Part shown: positions 26,722 to 36,912 of the stretch, in pieces | Layout of the letters: each line of letters begins with the position of its first letter | Position numbering within the stretch: the first letter of the stretch is position 1 | The notes under the pieces: generated by a model | Databases searched by the model: none | What the model was told of the DNA's origin: nothing | The model's input: the letters and a program-made list of their open reading frames with translations, nothing else | Source: a virus | Virus record (IMG/VR): IMGVR_UViG_3300005095_000072 | Coordinates: 54,426-118,425 of that record | Length of the DNA stretch: 64,000 nt | Reading direction: 5' to 3' (one strand) | Program-made: the position numbers and the translations under genes

Positions 26722-28586
26722 TGGCTTTATCTGACTTTCTAAGAGATATAGTTAAGCAAGTCGAAAAGGAAGCTAGAGTTAAACCTATGACTATAATAGA
26801 GTTTGCAGAAGCTCCATCAGGGCTTAACTATACTCTTTATCCTGTGCAGAAATTTATATTTAAAGTATTTTATAAAATTCCTCTGTCTAGTGATATAAAT
26901 GAAAATAGAATTATAGTAAAAGACCAATTCAATGAAAAAACTTTATATGAGTTCGACGAGGTATCTTTTTTTAAATTTTTAGAAAGAGAAGGACGAATAA
27001 ACTTATCTTTCCAAGATTGGGAAGAGATGGAAGACACTATTGATGAAATTATTTTTGTTATAGGGAGAAGAGGGAGTAAAACTACTATGACTTCTATAAT
27101 CTCTGCATATACAGTTTATTTATTATTACTTATGGAAGACCCTCATAGCTATTTTGGTATAGTTCCTAACGAACCTATTGGTATTGCTTTATGTTCTAAT
27201 AGTTCTGAAGGGGCTGAAAGACAATTAAGAAACCTGATACAGCTTATTAATCCCTCTCGTTTCTTCCAACCTTATATTTATGGAACTAAAGGTGGGAAGT
27301 ACTGGTTAAGAACAGTTAAGTTTAAAGAAAAAGAAGAGCTAGGATTAACTACATCGCCGGGTGATATTCTTATTGAAGCCTACGCCGCTAGTCCATCTGT
27401 TAGAGGTGCTAGTAATATTGTTGTAGTAATGGATGAGTTCGGACACTTTAATGATGCAGATGTTACAAACAAGAAAAAACCACTAGACGAGAAGTTATAT
27501 GAAGCTTTAACCCCCTCTGTTGCAGGTTTCACAGACGATGATGGAGTAGCTTATGGTAAATCCTTTATAATGAGTTCTCCTAATGGTAAAAAAGGAGCTT
27601 TGTATAAGTTCTATAAGAACTCTTTCAATGATAAAACATATTTAGCACTAAATATGCCTAGTAACTGGGTTAATTATAAAATATCTTCTAAGAGATTGAG
27701 AAATGCTTATAATAAATCTGAGTTATCATTTAGACAAGAATACTTAGGAGAATTTGTTGATTCTGCAGGAGGTTGGATAAGCAATAAAGATAAAATAAAA
27801 GCTATGATTAATATGAATATGGTCAATACTTTAAGAAATGGTGTAAGAGGTAAGAAGTACTTCTTAGGTATTGACCTTGCTATGAGTGGGGATGGTTTCT
27901 CTCTCTGTGTAGCTCATAAGGAAGCTAGAAGGGTTAATCATAAAACAGAAGATGAAAAACTTGAAATATTATTGAATGAAAAGAATATAATTGTAATTGA
28001 TTATATTGAATACCATTTACCTGAAGAGGGAGAGGTTTTAGACTATGAGTTCATAATACAACGAATAAAAAATGTTTATAGGTATTTTAATATAAGTAGA
28101 GGGTATTATGACCAATGGGCAGGTCAAGTATTTACTCAATTATTTGCTAAACATAAAGTACCTAGATTAGAGATGATACCATCTACTCAAAAACTAAATA
28201 GTGAAGTAGCTAAATTGTTTAGACAGTTAATTATGGAAGGTCGTTTAATGTGTCCTAGTGATGTAGATTATTTTATTGATGAGATTTCTAACTTACAAGA
28301 AACAGTATCAAGGAATAATTATGTTAAAGTAGAAGCTAACTCAGGAGAACACGATGATGTTTTTGATGCAGTTAGTAGAGCTGTTTATATGGCTTATAGG
28401 TTAGGAGAGTATGAACCTTATATCCCTAATAGTGCTAAGAATAACAAAGTTTTAGAAGAGAAGATTAAGCAACAAATAAAAGACAATGCAAGTAAAGTTA
28501 AGAAAAATTTTGGTGGTATGGAGCTACCTAGTAGTATAAAGATAAAAAGGAAAGCACCTTCTTATTTAATAAATAAAAGAAGATAA
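26721..28586 (+). CDS. terL: terminase large subunit
   Basis: LYPVQ, GRRGSKT (Walker A), VVMDEFGH (Walker B), SSPNG, FRQEY..EF, GIDLA, DQW, HDDVFDA. Confidence 0.92.
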   Translation: MALSDFLRDIVKQVEKEARVKPMTIIEFAEAPSGLNYTLYPVQKFIFKVFYKIPLSSDINENRIIVKDQFNEKTLYEFDEVSFFKFLEREGRINLSFQDWEEMEDTIDEIIFVIGRRGSKTTMTSIISAYTVYLLLLMEDPHSYFGIVPNEPIGIALCSNSSEGAERQLRNLIQLINPSRFFQPYIYGTKGGKYWLRTVKFKEKEELGLTTSPGDILIEAYAASPSVRGASNIVVVMDEFGHFNDADVTNKKKPLDEKLYEALTPSVAGFTDDDGVAYGKSFIMSSPNGKKGALYKFYKNSFNDKTYLALNMPSNWVNYKISSKRLRNAYNKSELSFRQEYLGEFVDSAGGWISNKDKIKAMINMNMVNTLRNGVRGKKYFLGIDLAMSGDGFSLCVAHKEARRVNHKTEDEKLEILLNEKNIIVIDYIEYHLPEEGEVLDYEFIIQRIKNVYRYFNISRGYYDQWAGQVFTQLFAKHKVPRLEMIPSTQKLNSEVAKLFRQLIMEGRLMCPSDVDYFIDEISNLQETVSRNNYVKVEANSGEHDDVFDAVSRAVYMAYRLGEYEPYIPNSAKNNKVLEEKIKQQIKDNASKVKKNFGGMELPSSIKIKRKAPSYLINKRR

Positions 28587-28597
28587 AAGGCTAAAAT

Positions 28598-30478
28598 ATG
28601 GTAAAAATTGGTAACAGTTTAACAGAGTCAGAACAAATAAAATTAAAAGCAAGAGCATCTGCAGGGGATGTTAAATCTATTAATGTCTTAAAGATAAACT
28701 CTGCAAAAAGAAATTTATCTACTACAAGTTCATTAAGCTTTGGTAGTGGAAATTTAACTTCATTAAGACAGGCTGTTGATAAAATGAGTTTAGAGGATAA
28801 TTATATTTATATAAGAGCTGAGTTATTAATGGAGTTAGTTATTTCAGGTGGGCTAACTATCTCAAGATTAACTTTAGAACAAAAGATTATTATATTTGCT
28901 TGGCTGTATAAGTATGATAAAAAGATAGGTAGAATCATAGATATATTTGTTAATTTACCTTTAAGCACTTTGAGATTACAAAAACCAACTCAAACTAAAA
29001 ATGATATACTTCAAGATTATGTGTATGCTTATTTTGAAAGATTTTGGAATAAAGTATCTTTTAAGAAAAAACTAAAAAAAGTATTTTTATACACTAAGTT
29101 ATTTGGGGTGGGGGCTTTACTGTTAAGCGATGATTATAATGAAAAGTCAGATACAGTTATAGACTTTACTAATTTAAAAACTCTTATTCAAGATGAGATA
29201 ACAGAAGAAGAATGGGAAGAGATAGACAAGATAACAAAGGAATATAATAACAACCCTGATAAAGTTTCATTAGAAGATAAAAATAAAGTTATATCTAAAC
29301 TTGTTAGAGGTGTTAATAATCAATATAAAGGGGTGGAGTTCGCTAAAGTTGTAAATCCTTTTGAAGTTATTAAAAGAAAATCAAATAAAGATATTGATTA
29401 TCATATATACAATATAAGTGAAGATACTCATATTAAAAAGTTCTTAGAAAGTGAGATGGGGGTTAAACTTAAAAGAAACCCTGATGATATAGTAAATATG
29501 TTAAAAAAGATAAACTATTCTGAAAGTTATATAAAATTATTTCTTAATAGCAATGGTATGGATGGAGTACAAGTTGATTCTAACCCTTATTATTCTTCTT
29601 GTTATATAGTATCTATGGAAGAAGAAGGACTATCTAACTTGGATAATTCTAACTTTAATAGAGTATTACAAAGTGCTATTGATTTAAAGATGGTTAGAGA
29701 TAGAGAAAGAATGAAATCAAATGAAGCTTATAAAGTTATAAGGCTTGTTACTATCCCTGAGGGAGAACTCACACCTGACCAAGTAGCTGAGTTTGAAGCT
29801 AAAGTATTAGACGCCGCTGAATCACCTGAAGGTAGTGTTATTACAACTAACTATAATGTTAATTGGCAAGAGTTTCGTTTGGATGCTAGAGAACAGATAG
29901 ATTTACAAGGAGTAGAACTTAAAGCAGAACAAGATATAAATTCAACTTTTGGTATAGCAGATGTACTCGTTGGAGGAGAAGATAGTTATGCTAATTCTTT
30001 TATGAAAACTGAAATGATGGTAAATGAGTTCAATGCTAGTAGAATGGAACTAAAAGAATTTGTAGAAGAGAAGATATTTAAACCTATAGCTATTAAGGCA
30101 GGATTTGTTGTTAAAGATGAATGGGGAGAACCTAAACCTGTTTATCCTAGCTTGAAGTTCGACAGAATATCTATTGCCAGAGGTTCAGAAGATTTTGCAC
30201 TATTACAAGAACTAGCTAGTGCAGGTAAGTTGCCTTGGGAGACAATTATAAATGCTCTCAATTTTGATTATGAGGAAGTACAAACTAAGTTGAGAAATGA
30301 AAAAATGAGTATTTTAAATGATAACATAGGTGCTGTAATAGATAACTCTGCTGGAGGTTTAGCTGAACAATTATCTTCTAACCCTGAGTTTTTAGAGAAG
30401 ATAGCAGATATATTACAGTTAAAGATAGATATAAATAAAGAACCAAACACAGATGAAGAATCACAGGGAGATGAATAA
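28598..30478 (+). CDS. portal protein
   Basis: Follows terL; 626 aa; IGRIIDIFVNLPLS, GGEDSYA, IFKPIA pattern. Confidence 0.8.
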   Translation: MVKIGNSLTESEQIKLKARASAGDVKSINVLKINSAKRNLSTTSSLSFGSGNLTSLRQAVDKMSLEDNYIYIRAELLMELVISGGLTISRLTLEQKIIIFAWLYKYDKKIGRIIDIFVNLPLSTLRLQKPTQTKNDILQDYVYAYFERFWNKVSFKKKLKKVFLYTKLFGVGALLLSDDYNEKSDTVIDFTNLKTLIQDEITEEEWEEIDKITKEYNNNPDKVSLEDKNKVISKLVRGVNNQYKGVEFAKVVNPFEVIKRKSNKDIDYHIYNISEDTHIKKFLESEMGVKLKRNPDDIVNMLKKINYSESYIKLFLNSNGMDGVQVDSNPYYSSCYIVSMEEEGLSNLDNSNFNRVLQSAIDLKMVRDRERMKSNEAYKVIRLVTIPEGELTPDQVAEFEAKVLDAAESPEGSVITTNYNVNWQEFRLDAREQIDLQGVELKAEQDINSTFGIADVLVGGEDSYANSFMKTEMMVNEFNASRMELKEFVEEKIFKPIAIKAGFVVKDEWGEPKPVYPSLKFDRISIARGSEDFALLQELASAGKLPWETIINALNFDYEEVQTKLRNEKMSILNDNIGAVIDNSAGGLAEQLSSNPEFLEKIADILQLKIDINKEPNTDEESQGDE

Positions 30479-31749
30479 TGGTAAAAGTTAAAAGAAGATT
30501 AAAAAGATTTAATACAAGTGCTTTAGATAAAATCATAGATTTACATGAAAAAACAGCAAGAGAGATATTTGATATACCTAATCTTAAGAAAATATCTAAA
30601 GGTGGCTCAGATAGACAAGTCTTTGATTTGGGTGGAAATAAAGTCTTAAAGGTAGCTAAGACGGCAAGAGGTTTAGCTCAAAATGAAGCTGAGTGGGATT
30701 TTAATTTAGCAGGAGGTATTTTACCACAGGTATTCTATAAAGGAAAGAACTTCTTAATAGTGGAGAAAGTTTATTTTGATAAGAAAAGACCTTTAATAAA
30801 TGCTCTCTGTAAATATTTGAAAAACCAAGATACATATACTCCAAGTGCTTATGAAAGAAAATATAATATGGATAGAGCTTTAGAAAATGCAGAAGAACAA
30901 TTTAAAATACCTTATTTAACTAATTTAAGAGATTATGATTATCTTATCGGAGATTTAACAGCACCTAGAAATTGGGGAGTTACAGGTAGAGGAAGAGTTG
31001 TACTTGCTGATGGAGGAACTGTTAGTTCTGATAGTATAATGAGTCCTCCTCAATGGGTTAAAGGAGAGTGGGAGGAAGTTAAACAAAAGAATAGAGAACT
31101 AAAAAAGTTATACGGAGATACAGATAAAATTATAGCTAGTAGTTTAGTAACTAAAGCAAAGATTGAAAAAGAGTTCCTAGAGAAGAACAAAGATTTACCT
31201 GAAACTGTTGTATATCAAACCCCACCTATAAAAGGTGGAAAGAAATTTCTATCTGTTATAAGAAGAGGGGATAAACCTAGTAATTATTACTATTATTCTC
31301 AAAGAGTAGGAAAAGATAGCATAAGATTTTTGTTATATGATGCAAATAAAAAAGATAAACCTTTTGGAGTTTTAGAACAGTTTGAAGCTAGTCAAAACAG
31401 AACTACAGTTGGAGCTTTTAGTGGCTCAATGGATAAACCTAATTTAACTCCAAAAGAGATATGTAGAGAAGAAGTCAATGAAGAGAGTGAATACACTGTA
31501 ACAAAAGCTGAGATGAACGATAGGATATTTCATCTTAAAAATATGAGAGTAGGGAGTCAAACAAATGAAGTAGCATATCTTTATATTGTAAATGTTACAG
31601 GCTTAAAAACAACTCCTAAAAAACCTGAGAATGAGTGGGAGGAGAACACAGATACTCACTGGCTATCTTTAGAAGAGATAAAAGATTATTGTAATTGGGA
31701 AGCTTTTATTATAGCAGACAGAGCTAAAGCAATATTTAAGGAATTATAA
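30478..31749 (+). CDS. protein-kinase-like domain fused to NUDIX hydrolase
   Basis: GGSDRQVF, VLKVAK, QNEAE, GDLTAPRNWG, VLADGG; then NUDIX-like box GSMDKPNLTPKEICREEVNEESEY. Confidence 0.75.
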   Translation: MVKVKRRLKRFNTSALDKIIDLHEKTAREIFDIPNLKKISKGGSDRQVFDLGGNKVLKVAKTARGLAQNEAEWDFNLAGGILPQVFYKGKNFLIVEKVYFDKKRPLINALCKYLKNQDTYTPSAYERKYNMDRALENAEEQFKIPYLTNLRDYDYLIGDLTAPRNWGVTGRGRVVLADGGTVSSDSIMSPPQWVKGEWEEVKQKNRELKKLYGDTDKIIASSLVTKAKIEKEFLEKNKDLPETVVYQTPPIKGGKKFLSVIRRGDKPSNYYYYSQRVGKDSIRFLLYDANKKDKPFGVLEQFEASQNRTTVGAFSGSMDKPNLTPKEICREEVNEESEYTVTKAEMNDRIFHLKNMRVGSQTNEVAYLYIVNVTGLKTTPKKPENEWEENTDTHWLSLEEIKDYCNWEAFIIADRAKAIFKEL

Positions 31750-31752
31750 AAA

Positions 31753-32139
31753 ATGAAGATTATAGCTTTTGAGATTAAAACATCAACTTTAGAAAAAATG
31801 TTAAAAAAGTATCTTAAAAGCATTTTTGAGAAAGATATTGAATATAAGATAAGTATCTATAAAGATGAAAAAACTAAAGAACCTTATATCTATATAAATG
31901 AAATTTATGTTTATCCTGATAAAAGAGGTCAAGGTTTAGGAACTAGATTCCTCAAAGAGGTTATTAAGTTCGCAGATATTCATAAGTTAAATATAGCTTT
32001 GTTATCAACTTTAATAAACAATAAAAAACAGAATAGCTTTTATTATAGACAAGGTTTTGTTAGATTAAAATGTAAAAATTGTAAATACAATATGAGAAGA
32101 TATTATAAAAGGAAGAACAATGAAGATAATAGCATATAA
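31753..32139 (+). CDS. GNAT acetyltransferase with MKIIA N-terminus
   Basis: IYVYPDKRGQGLGT (acetyl-CoA motif A), FYYRQGF. Confidence 0.85.
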   Translation: MKIIAFEIKTSTLEKMLKKYLKSIFEKDIEYKISIYKDEKTKEPYIYINEIYVYPDKRGQGLGTRFLKEVIKFADIHKLNIALLSTLINNKKQNSFYYRQGFVRLKCKNCKYNMRRYYKRKNNEDNSI

Positions 32140-33553
32140 CAGTAATCCCAAGAACTTTAGAAGATACCATCAAAGTAAAGGACTGTTTAATAAAAGGTCT
32201 ATGAGAATAGCTAAGAGAAATCAAAAGACACATAAAAAATCAGCTTTAAAAAGATTTTGTGGAGATAAAATAGACACTAATTGTATTACTAGAGCTTTGA
32301 GAAGTAATAAAAAAGAACTTAGAAAGTCTGCTAATTTTGCCTTAACTTTAAAAAAGATAGCTAGTCGTAGAAAGGGTATAAGAAATAAATTTGATATAGC
32401 AACTAGAAAGAAAAACGATGCTATTTATAATAGAAAACATAAAACTGAACTACAAAAGGTTAATAGAGCTAGATTACAAAGTAAAGCTAGTTCAAAGATA
32501 AACTTCGATAAGATACAAAATTACTTCACAAATGATATTTTAGAAACAGTAGCACCTAAAGAAAACAATTCTAACCTTTGGTTAGGTGGAAGTTTTATAG
32601 GAAGACCTTTAGAGTATTTACCTTATGTTTATAGAGGTATTTCAAATGAAGAGTGGAACAATATTCAAAAGAAAAAATATATCAAAAGTGATGGAAGATT
32701 AAATTTATCAAATGAAAAAGGACTGACTGTTTATAGTATCAATCCCAACACTGCTTTAAATTATGCTAATGATTTTATTCCTGATAGTAAAAAAGAGTTG
32801 AAACCTACAAAAGATAAGCCTAATTACATAGTTCAAGTAGATATTAGAGATATAAAAGATAAATTTTTTATAGATAAAGCTGATGGTTATGTTAAGACTA
32901 AAAGTAAAGTACCTATAAAATATATAACTAGAGTGTGGGAGGTATATCCTAATAACAAAACTAAGTTAATTTTCAAAAGAAGCAATTTAGACGAAACTTT
33001 TAACTCTAAGGCTAGTAACAAAACTATTGTTTATCATGGAAGTAATGCTAATATATCTAAGCTAGAACCTAAATATATGATGTTAGACCATGCAAACTCA
33101 CAAGAGGGTGTAGGTATTTATTTTACAACTGAAATATCAACTGCTAAAAGATATGGTAAAAACATTTACACAACAGAAGTAGAACATACAAATTTTATAT
33201 CTTCAAGAACTAAAGTATCTGCTTTAGGTAAGCAAAAAGTAATTAAATTGTTAAAAGAGTTAGGAAAGTTAGACCGTGAGAGTGCTTTTTATCTTGTGAC
33301 TGATTATGGTGTTTATATTACTGAACCTGAAGAGTATGAAGATTATATGATGGAAGATGTTTATAACAGTATGAGAACAGAGCAAATAAGAAATTTTCAA
33401 ATAGAACTATCTGAGAGATTTAGTGTAGTAGATTTTGTTAATGTATGGAATAAAGTATTGCCTAAAGTTCATGGAACTTATATTTTACAAAAAGGTAACG
33501 AGATTTGGTATTCCATTATAAACACAAAATACAAAATTAAAAGAGTTAATTAA
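32120..33553 (+). CDS. multidomain protein: basic N-region plus two ADP-ribosyltransferase-like domains
   Basis: VYRGIS...TVYS...ALNYA and VYHGS...GVGIYFTT...AKRYG. Confidence 0.65.
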   Translation: MKIIAYNSNPKNFRRYHQSKGLFNKRSMRIAKRNQKTHKKSALKRFCGDKIDTNCITRALRSNKKELRKSANFALTLKKIASRRKGIRNKFDIATRKKNDAIYNRKHKTELQKVNRARLQSKASSKINFDKIQNYFTNDILETVAPKENNSNLWLGGSFIGRPLEYLPYVYRGISNEEWNNIQKKKYIKSDGRLNLSNEKGLTVYSINPNTALNYANDFIPDSKKELKPTKDKPNYIVQVDIRDIKDKFFIDKADGYVKTKSKVPIKYITRVWEVYPNNKTKLIFKRSNLDETFNSKASNKTIVYHGSNANISKLEPKYMMLDHANSQEGVGIYFTTEISTAKRYGKNIYTTEVEHTNFISSRTKVSALGKQKVIKLLKELGKLDRESAFYLVTDYGVYITEPEEYEDYMMEDVYNSMRTEQIRNFQIELSERFSVVDFVNVWNKVLPKVHGTYILQKGNEIWYSIINTKYKIKRVN

Positions 33554-33554
33554 T

Positions 33555-34184
33555 ATGTTTGATTTAGAGAAAGCAGTAGAAGATTTTAAAACAAAAGGTG
33601 CAAAGTATTTTATTAGTACTTATGAGAAAGATTTTGAGAGATTGTTAAATCAAGCTCCTAAAGGAAAGCTAAGAAGCTATTTAAAGTCTAATTTTGGAGT
33701 ATATGCTCTTTCAAAGCTTAGGAATATATTATCATTAAATAAAAAAGATTTTCTTTATAATCCTATTTTTAGGCTTGTATTAGATGAATTTTATTTGCTT
33801 GATAAATATAGTCAAAAAGATTTAGATAAAGAGAAGATTATTTTAGATAGAACTCTTTCTAAATATCTTACAGATATGGGATACACTTATTCTATGGAAA
33901 TATTGAATGGTGATAAAGTTCTTAATATAAACTCAATATATGTAGATAAAGATAAAAGAGGTCAAGGTATAGGAACTAAATTTTTAGAAGATTTGATTAG
34001 ATTTGCAGATAAATATAATTATATTTTAACATTAACACCTAGTTCAGATTTTGGAAGTGATGTTAATAAACTTAAAAAATTTTATTTTAAATTTAAGTTT
34101 CAATCAAATAAAGGTAGTAAAGCAATAAATCAATTAAGAAACTCTATGTTTAGACTACCTAAGAATTATAAAAAGGATAGATAA
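33555..34184 (+). CDS. GNAT acetyltransferase
   Basis: IYVDKDKRGQGIGT, LTPS..FG...LKKFYFKFKF. Confidence 0.85.
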   Translation: MFDLEKAVEDFKTKGAKYFISTYEKDFERLLNQAPKGKLRSYLKSNFGVYALSKLRNILSLNKKDFLYNPIFRLVLDEFYLLDKYSQKDLDKEKIILDRTLSKYLTDMGYTYSMEILNGDKVLNINSIYVDKDKRGQGIGTKFLEDLIRFADKYNYILTLTPSSDFGSDVNKLKKFYFKFKFQSNKGSKAINQLRNSMFRLPKNYKKDR

Positions 34185-34579
34185 TGAGAATAATATCAAT
34201 GGATGTTAAAGCAGATTATAGTAAGATGACACCTAACAACACTAAAATAGTTATACCTTATATAAAAGTTAAATTGATTAAAAATTCAAAAGATAAAAAA
34301 GACTTTGAAACTTTTTTAAAATACTTTATAGATAAAGGTTATTATATAGTTATAAACAACGGTAGCTATGAAATTTCTCAAAAAGAACTTAGAGATTTAA
34401 AAATAAAACCTAGTTTATTAAAGAAGATACACACTTATGACTCTCCTAAATATAATCCTTATGTAGTGAGAGATTACAGTTCTTTTCCTGTCGAAGATTG
34501 GTTACAGCAAATAAAAGCCTTTGAATACATTAATAATGAAACAGATGAAGGAACTGGATTTTATGGTGATTGGAGCTAA
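34184..34579 (+). CDS. hypothetical protein with MRIIS N-terminus
   Basis: Coupled ORF; tag-like N-terminus. Confidence 0.65.
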   Translation: MRIISMDVKADYSKMTPNNTKIVIPYIKVKLIKNSKDKKDFETFLKYFIDKGYYIVINNGSYEISQKELRDLKIKPSLLKKIHTYDSPKYNPYVVRDYSSFPVEDWLQQIKAFEYINNETDEGTGFYGDWS

Positions 34580-34583
34580 AAGT

Positions 34584-34961
34584 ATGAAAATTATAGCATT
34601 AACTAAAGGGCAAACAGAAGATAAAGGAACTATTGCTATTGATTTTGATGGAGTTATTCATAAGTATTCTAAAGGTTATGCTGATGGTAGTATTTATGAC
34701 GAGCCTATGACAGGTGCAGAAGAAGCAATGATAGAACTTCTTGATAAAGGTCATAAAATATTTATATTTACTGCTAGAAAAGATAAGAAAGCGATTAAAC
34801 AATGGTTAAAAGATAACTTTAATGATAAGAGATTACATAATTTGCTTATAACAAATGAGAAACTACCTGCACAAGTTTATATTGATGATAGAGGGTATAG
34901 GTTTAAAGGTTGGGGTGGTGCTATGAACTTCATAGAAAAATTGGACGAGGAAATAATATGA
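34584..34961 (+). CDS. HAD-superfamily phosphatase with MKIIA N-terminus
   Basis: IAIDFDGVI, FTAR, KLPA..YIDDRG; start reassigned to ATG 34584 after GGAG. Confidence 0.85.
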   Translation: MKIIALTKGQTEDKGTIAIDFDGVIHKYSKGYADGSIYDEPMTGAEEAMIELLDKGHKIFIFTARKDKKAIKQWLKDNFNDKRLHNLLITNEKLPAQVYIDDRGYRFKGWGGAMNFIEKLDEEII

Positions 34962-36076
34962 AAGAAAATAAAATCATCAGTTTAGATAAAATACCTAATA
35001 AGGTAAATCCCCCTAATCCTATGAGAAGAGGTGTTAAAAGAACTGCAAGAAACTATTTCAAACAACCTCATATTCCAAAGAAAATGCTAAATCCTAATGC
35101 TGAAAATCTTAGTATTACTTCTGATAGTATAGAAGATGAAGCAAACACTAATAGGAACTTAGAGGGAGAAGAGATAATAAATCATTTTGATAAAGTAAAG
35201 TGCGACAATTATTCTTGTTATATTGAAAATGATAACTATTTTATATATCCTAGAACAGGTATAAAAGTGGATTTAGATGATACTGTAGAGTTGGCTTTTA
35301 ATTCTAATGATTGGATATTCACTCAAATAACAGGGTTAGCTAGTGTAAATATATTTGATAATTATAAGATAACTCCTGCAACTACAAAATTTGTCAATAA
35401 TAACGGTAATGCTTTTAGTGATAGAATATTAAAAAAATATTATAAAACTTTTATAGGAGCACATAATTTTAGAAATCATAAACAAGTTATTGATGAGTCT
35501 TATGGTATTATCTTAGATGCAGTATTAAGAGAAATACCTGTAAATAATGAAGAGTCTGTCTATTATGTAGATTTACTTATTGCTACAAATAAAGTTAGAC
35601 ACCCTGAATGGACTCAAAAGATAGAAAATAAAATTGTTAGATTTGGTAGTATGGGAGCTGAGTCATCTTCTTTTAAATGCACTTACTGTGGTAATATTCC
35701 AACTTCTTATGATGAGTTCTGCGACCATTTTAAGTTATATAAAGGTAAATATTATATAGACCCTGCTAGTGGTAAAAAGTTAAGGATAGCTCATCTTGTA
35801 GAAGACTATAAAAACAAAGAAGGTAAAGGATATGTAGAATTTGTAGAGTATTCCTTTTTGGATATACCCCCTGCTTTTGAGGGAGCTTCAATGGCTCATG
35901 TTATTAAAGTACCTCAAAATACAAATGTTAAGTTTAGTATTCCCAGACAGTTATTAACTAAATCTGCTTTTAATGTCTGGAAAGAATTTTATAAAATAAA
36001 TGATAATGGTAATAATGTAGGTTATGATGAACTTACAGAGAAACTACCTGCAATATCTGAGTTTAAAGGAGACTAG
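34958..36076 (+). CDS. prohead (maturation) protease with zinc finger
   Basis: FIGAHNFRNH, GIILDA, SMG, CTYCG...CDH, FVEYSFL..PAF; located between portal and scaffold; start ATG 34958. Confidence 0.7.
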   Translation: MKENKIISLDKIPNKVNPPNPMRRGVKRTARNYFKQPHIPKKMLNPNAENLSITSDSIEDEANTNRNLEGEEIINHFDKVKCDNYSCYIENDNYFIYPRTGIKVDLDDTVELAFNSNDWIFTQITGLASVNIFDNYKITPATTKFVNNNGNAFSDRILKKYYKTFIGAHNFRNHKQVIDESYGIILDAVLREIPVNNEESVYYVDLLIATNKVRHPEWTQKIENKIVRFGSMGAESSSFKCTYCGNIPTSYDEFCDHFKLYKGKYYIDPASGKKLRIAHLVEDYKNKEGKGYVEFVEYSFLDIPPAFEGASMAHVIKVPQNTNVKFSIPRQLLTKSAFNVWKEFYKINDNGNNVGYDELTEKLPAISEFKGD

Positions 36077-36163
36077 ATACTTTTAAAGTAGGTTAAGTTT
36101 GTTAGTTGTATCTTGTAGATATGGTTAGTAATTAGCTTATTAAGTTAGCTTAAAAGGAAAAAG

Positions 36164-36899
36164 ATGGGTAAAGTAAAAGCTACAGATGATTTAAAAATAT
36201 TAGAAAATCTTAAAAAAGGTATATACACTGAAGAGTATGTACAAAAATTAAAATTAAAAGATACATTTAGTTTTAAAATAAAAGCTTATTATATTCATAA
36301 AGATAGATATAACTTTGAGGAAAGTAATTATATTTCAAAAGAGAGTAAGGTTAAAGTATTTTGTAATAAGTGTAAAGAATATTTTAATGTAAGAGTAGAC
36401 ACTGTAATAAGAACTAACTCTAAAGGAGGGTGTCCTAATAGATGTTGGAGAGAACCTTTTAGAGGTTATTCTATAGGTAATTTACACCAAAAAGAAAAAA
36501 CTTTAAAAGAATTTAAAGAGTATGTTAAGATTTCAGGGTTAGATAAATTTTTTAAATATGATTTTTCAAGTTATAAAAGTGCAAATGAAGGTATTGTAAC
36601 TACCTGTCTATTACATAATGAAACTTTTAAAAAACCTTTACATAAGTTACGAAAAGGGGTGGAGTTTAGGCAATGTTTATAAGAAAAATGGATTTAAAGA
36701 ACATCATAAAACTCCTCCTAATTATTTTTATATAAAAGGGCAAGATAAATACAATAAAAAAAATTTTACAAAAAGTAAAATATCAAAAAGATATAATATA
36801 CCTATTAATGAGATAAAATCTGAAAAAGCTGTAATGTATGAATTAGGTTATAAAAGGGTATATGATAGTGGATTAACTTGTTATATGAAAGTAAATTAA
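36164..36899 (+). pseudogene. internally deleted/frameshifted Hef-type homing endonuclease
   Basis: N-terminal Cys repeats (36164-36682) and, in another frame, GNVYKKNGF...PNYFY...VYDSG matching the C-terminus of 40669-42246; nuclease core absent. Confidence 0.7.
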
Positions 36900-36912
36900 T
36901 TAAAGGAAATAA

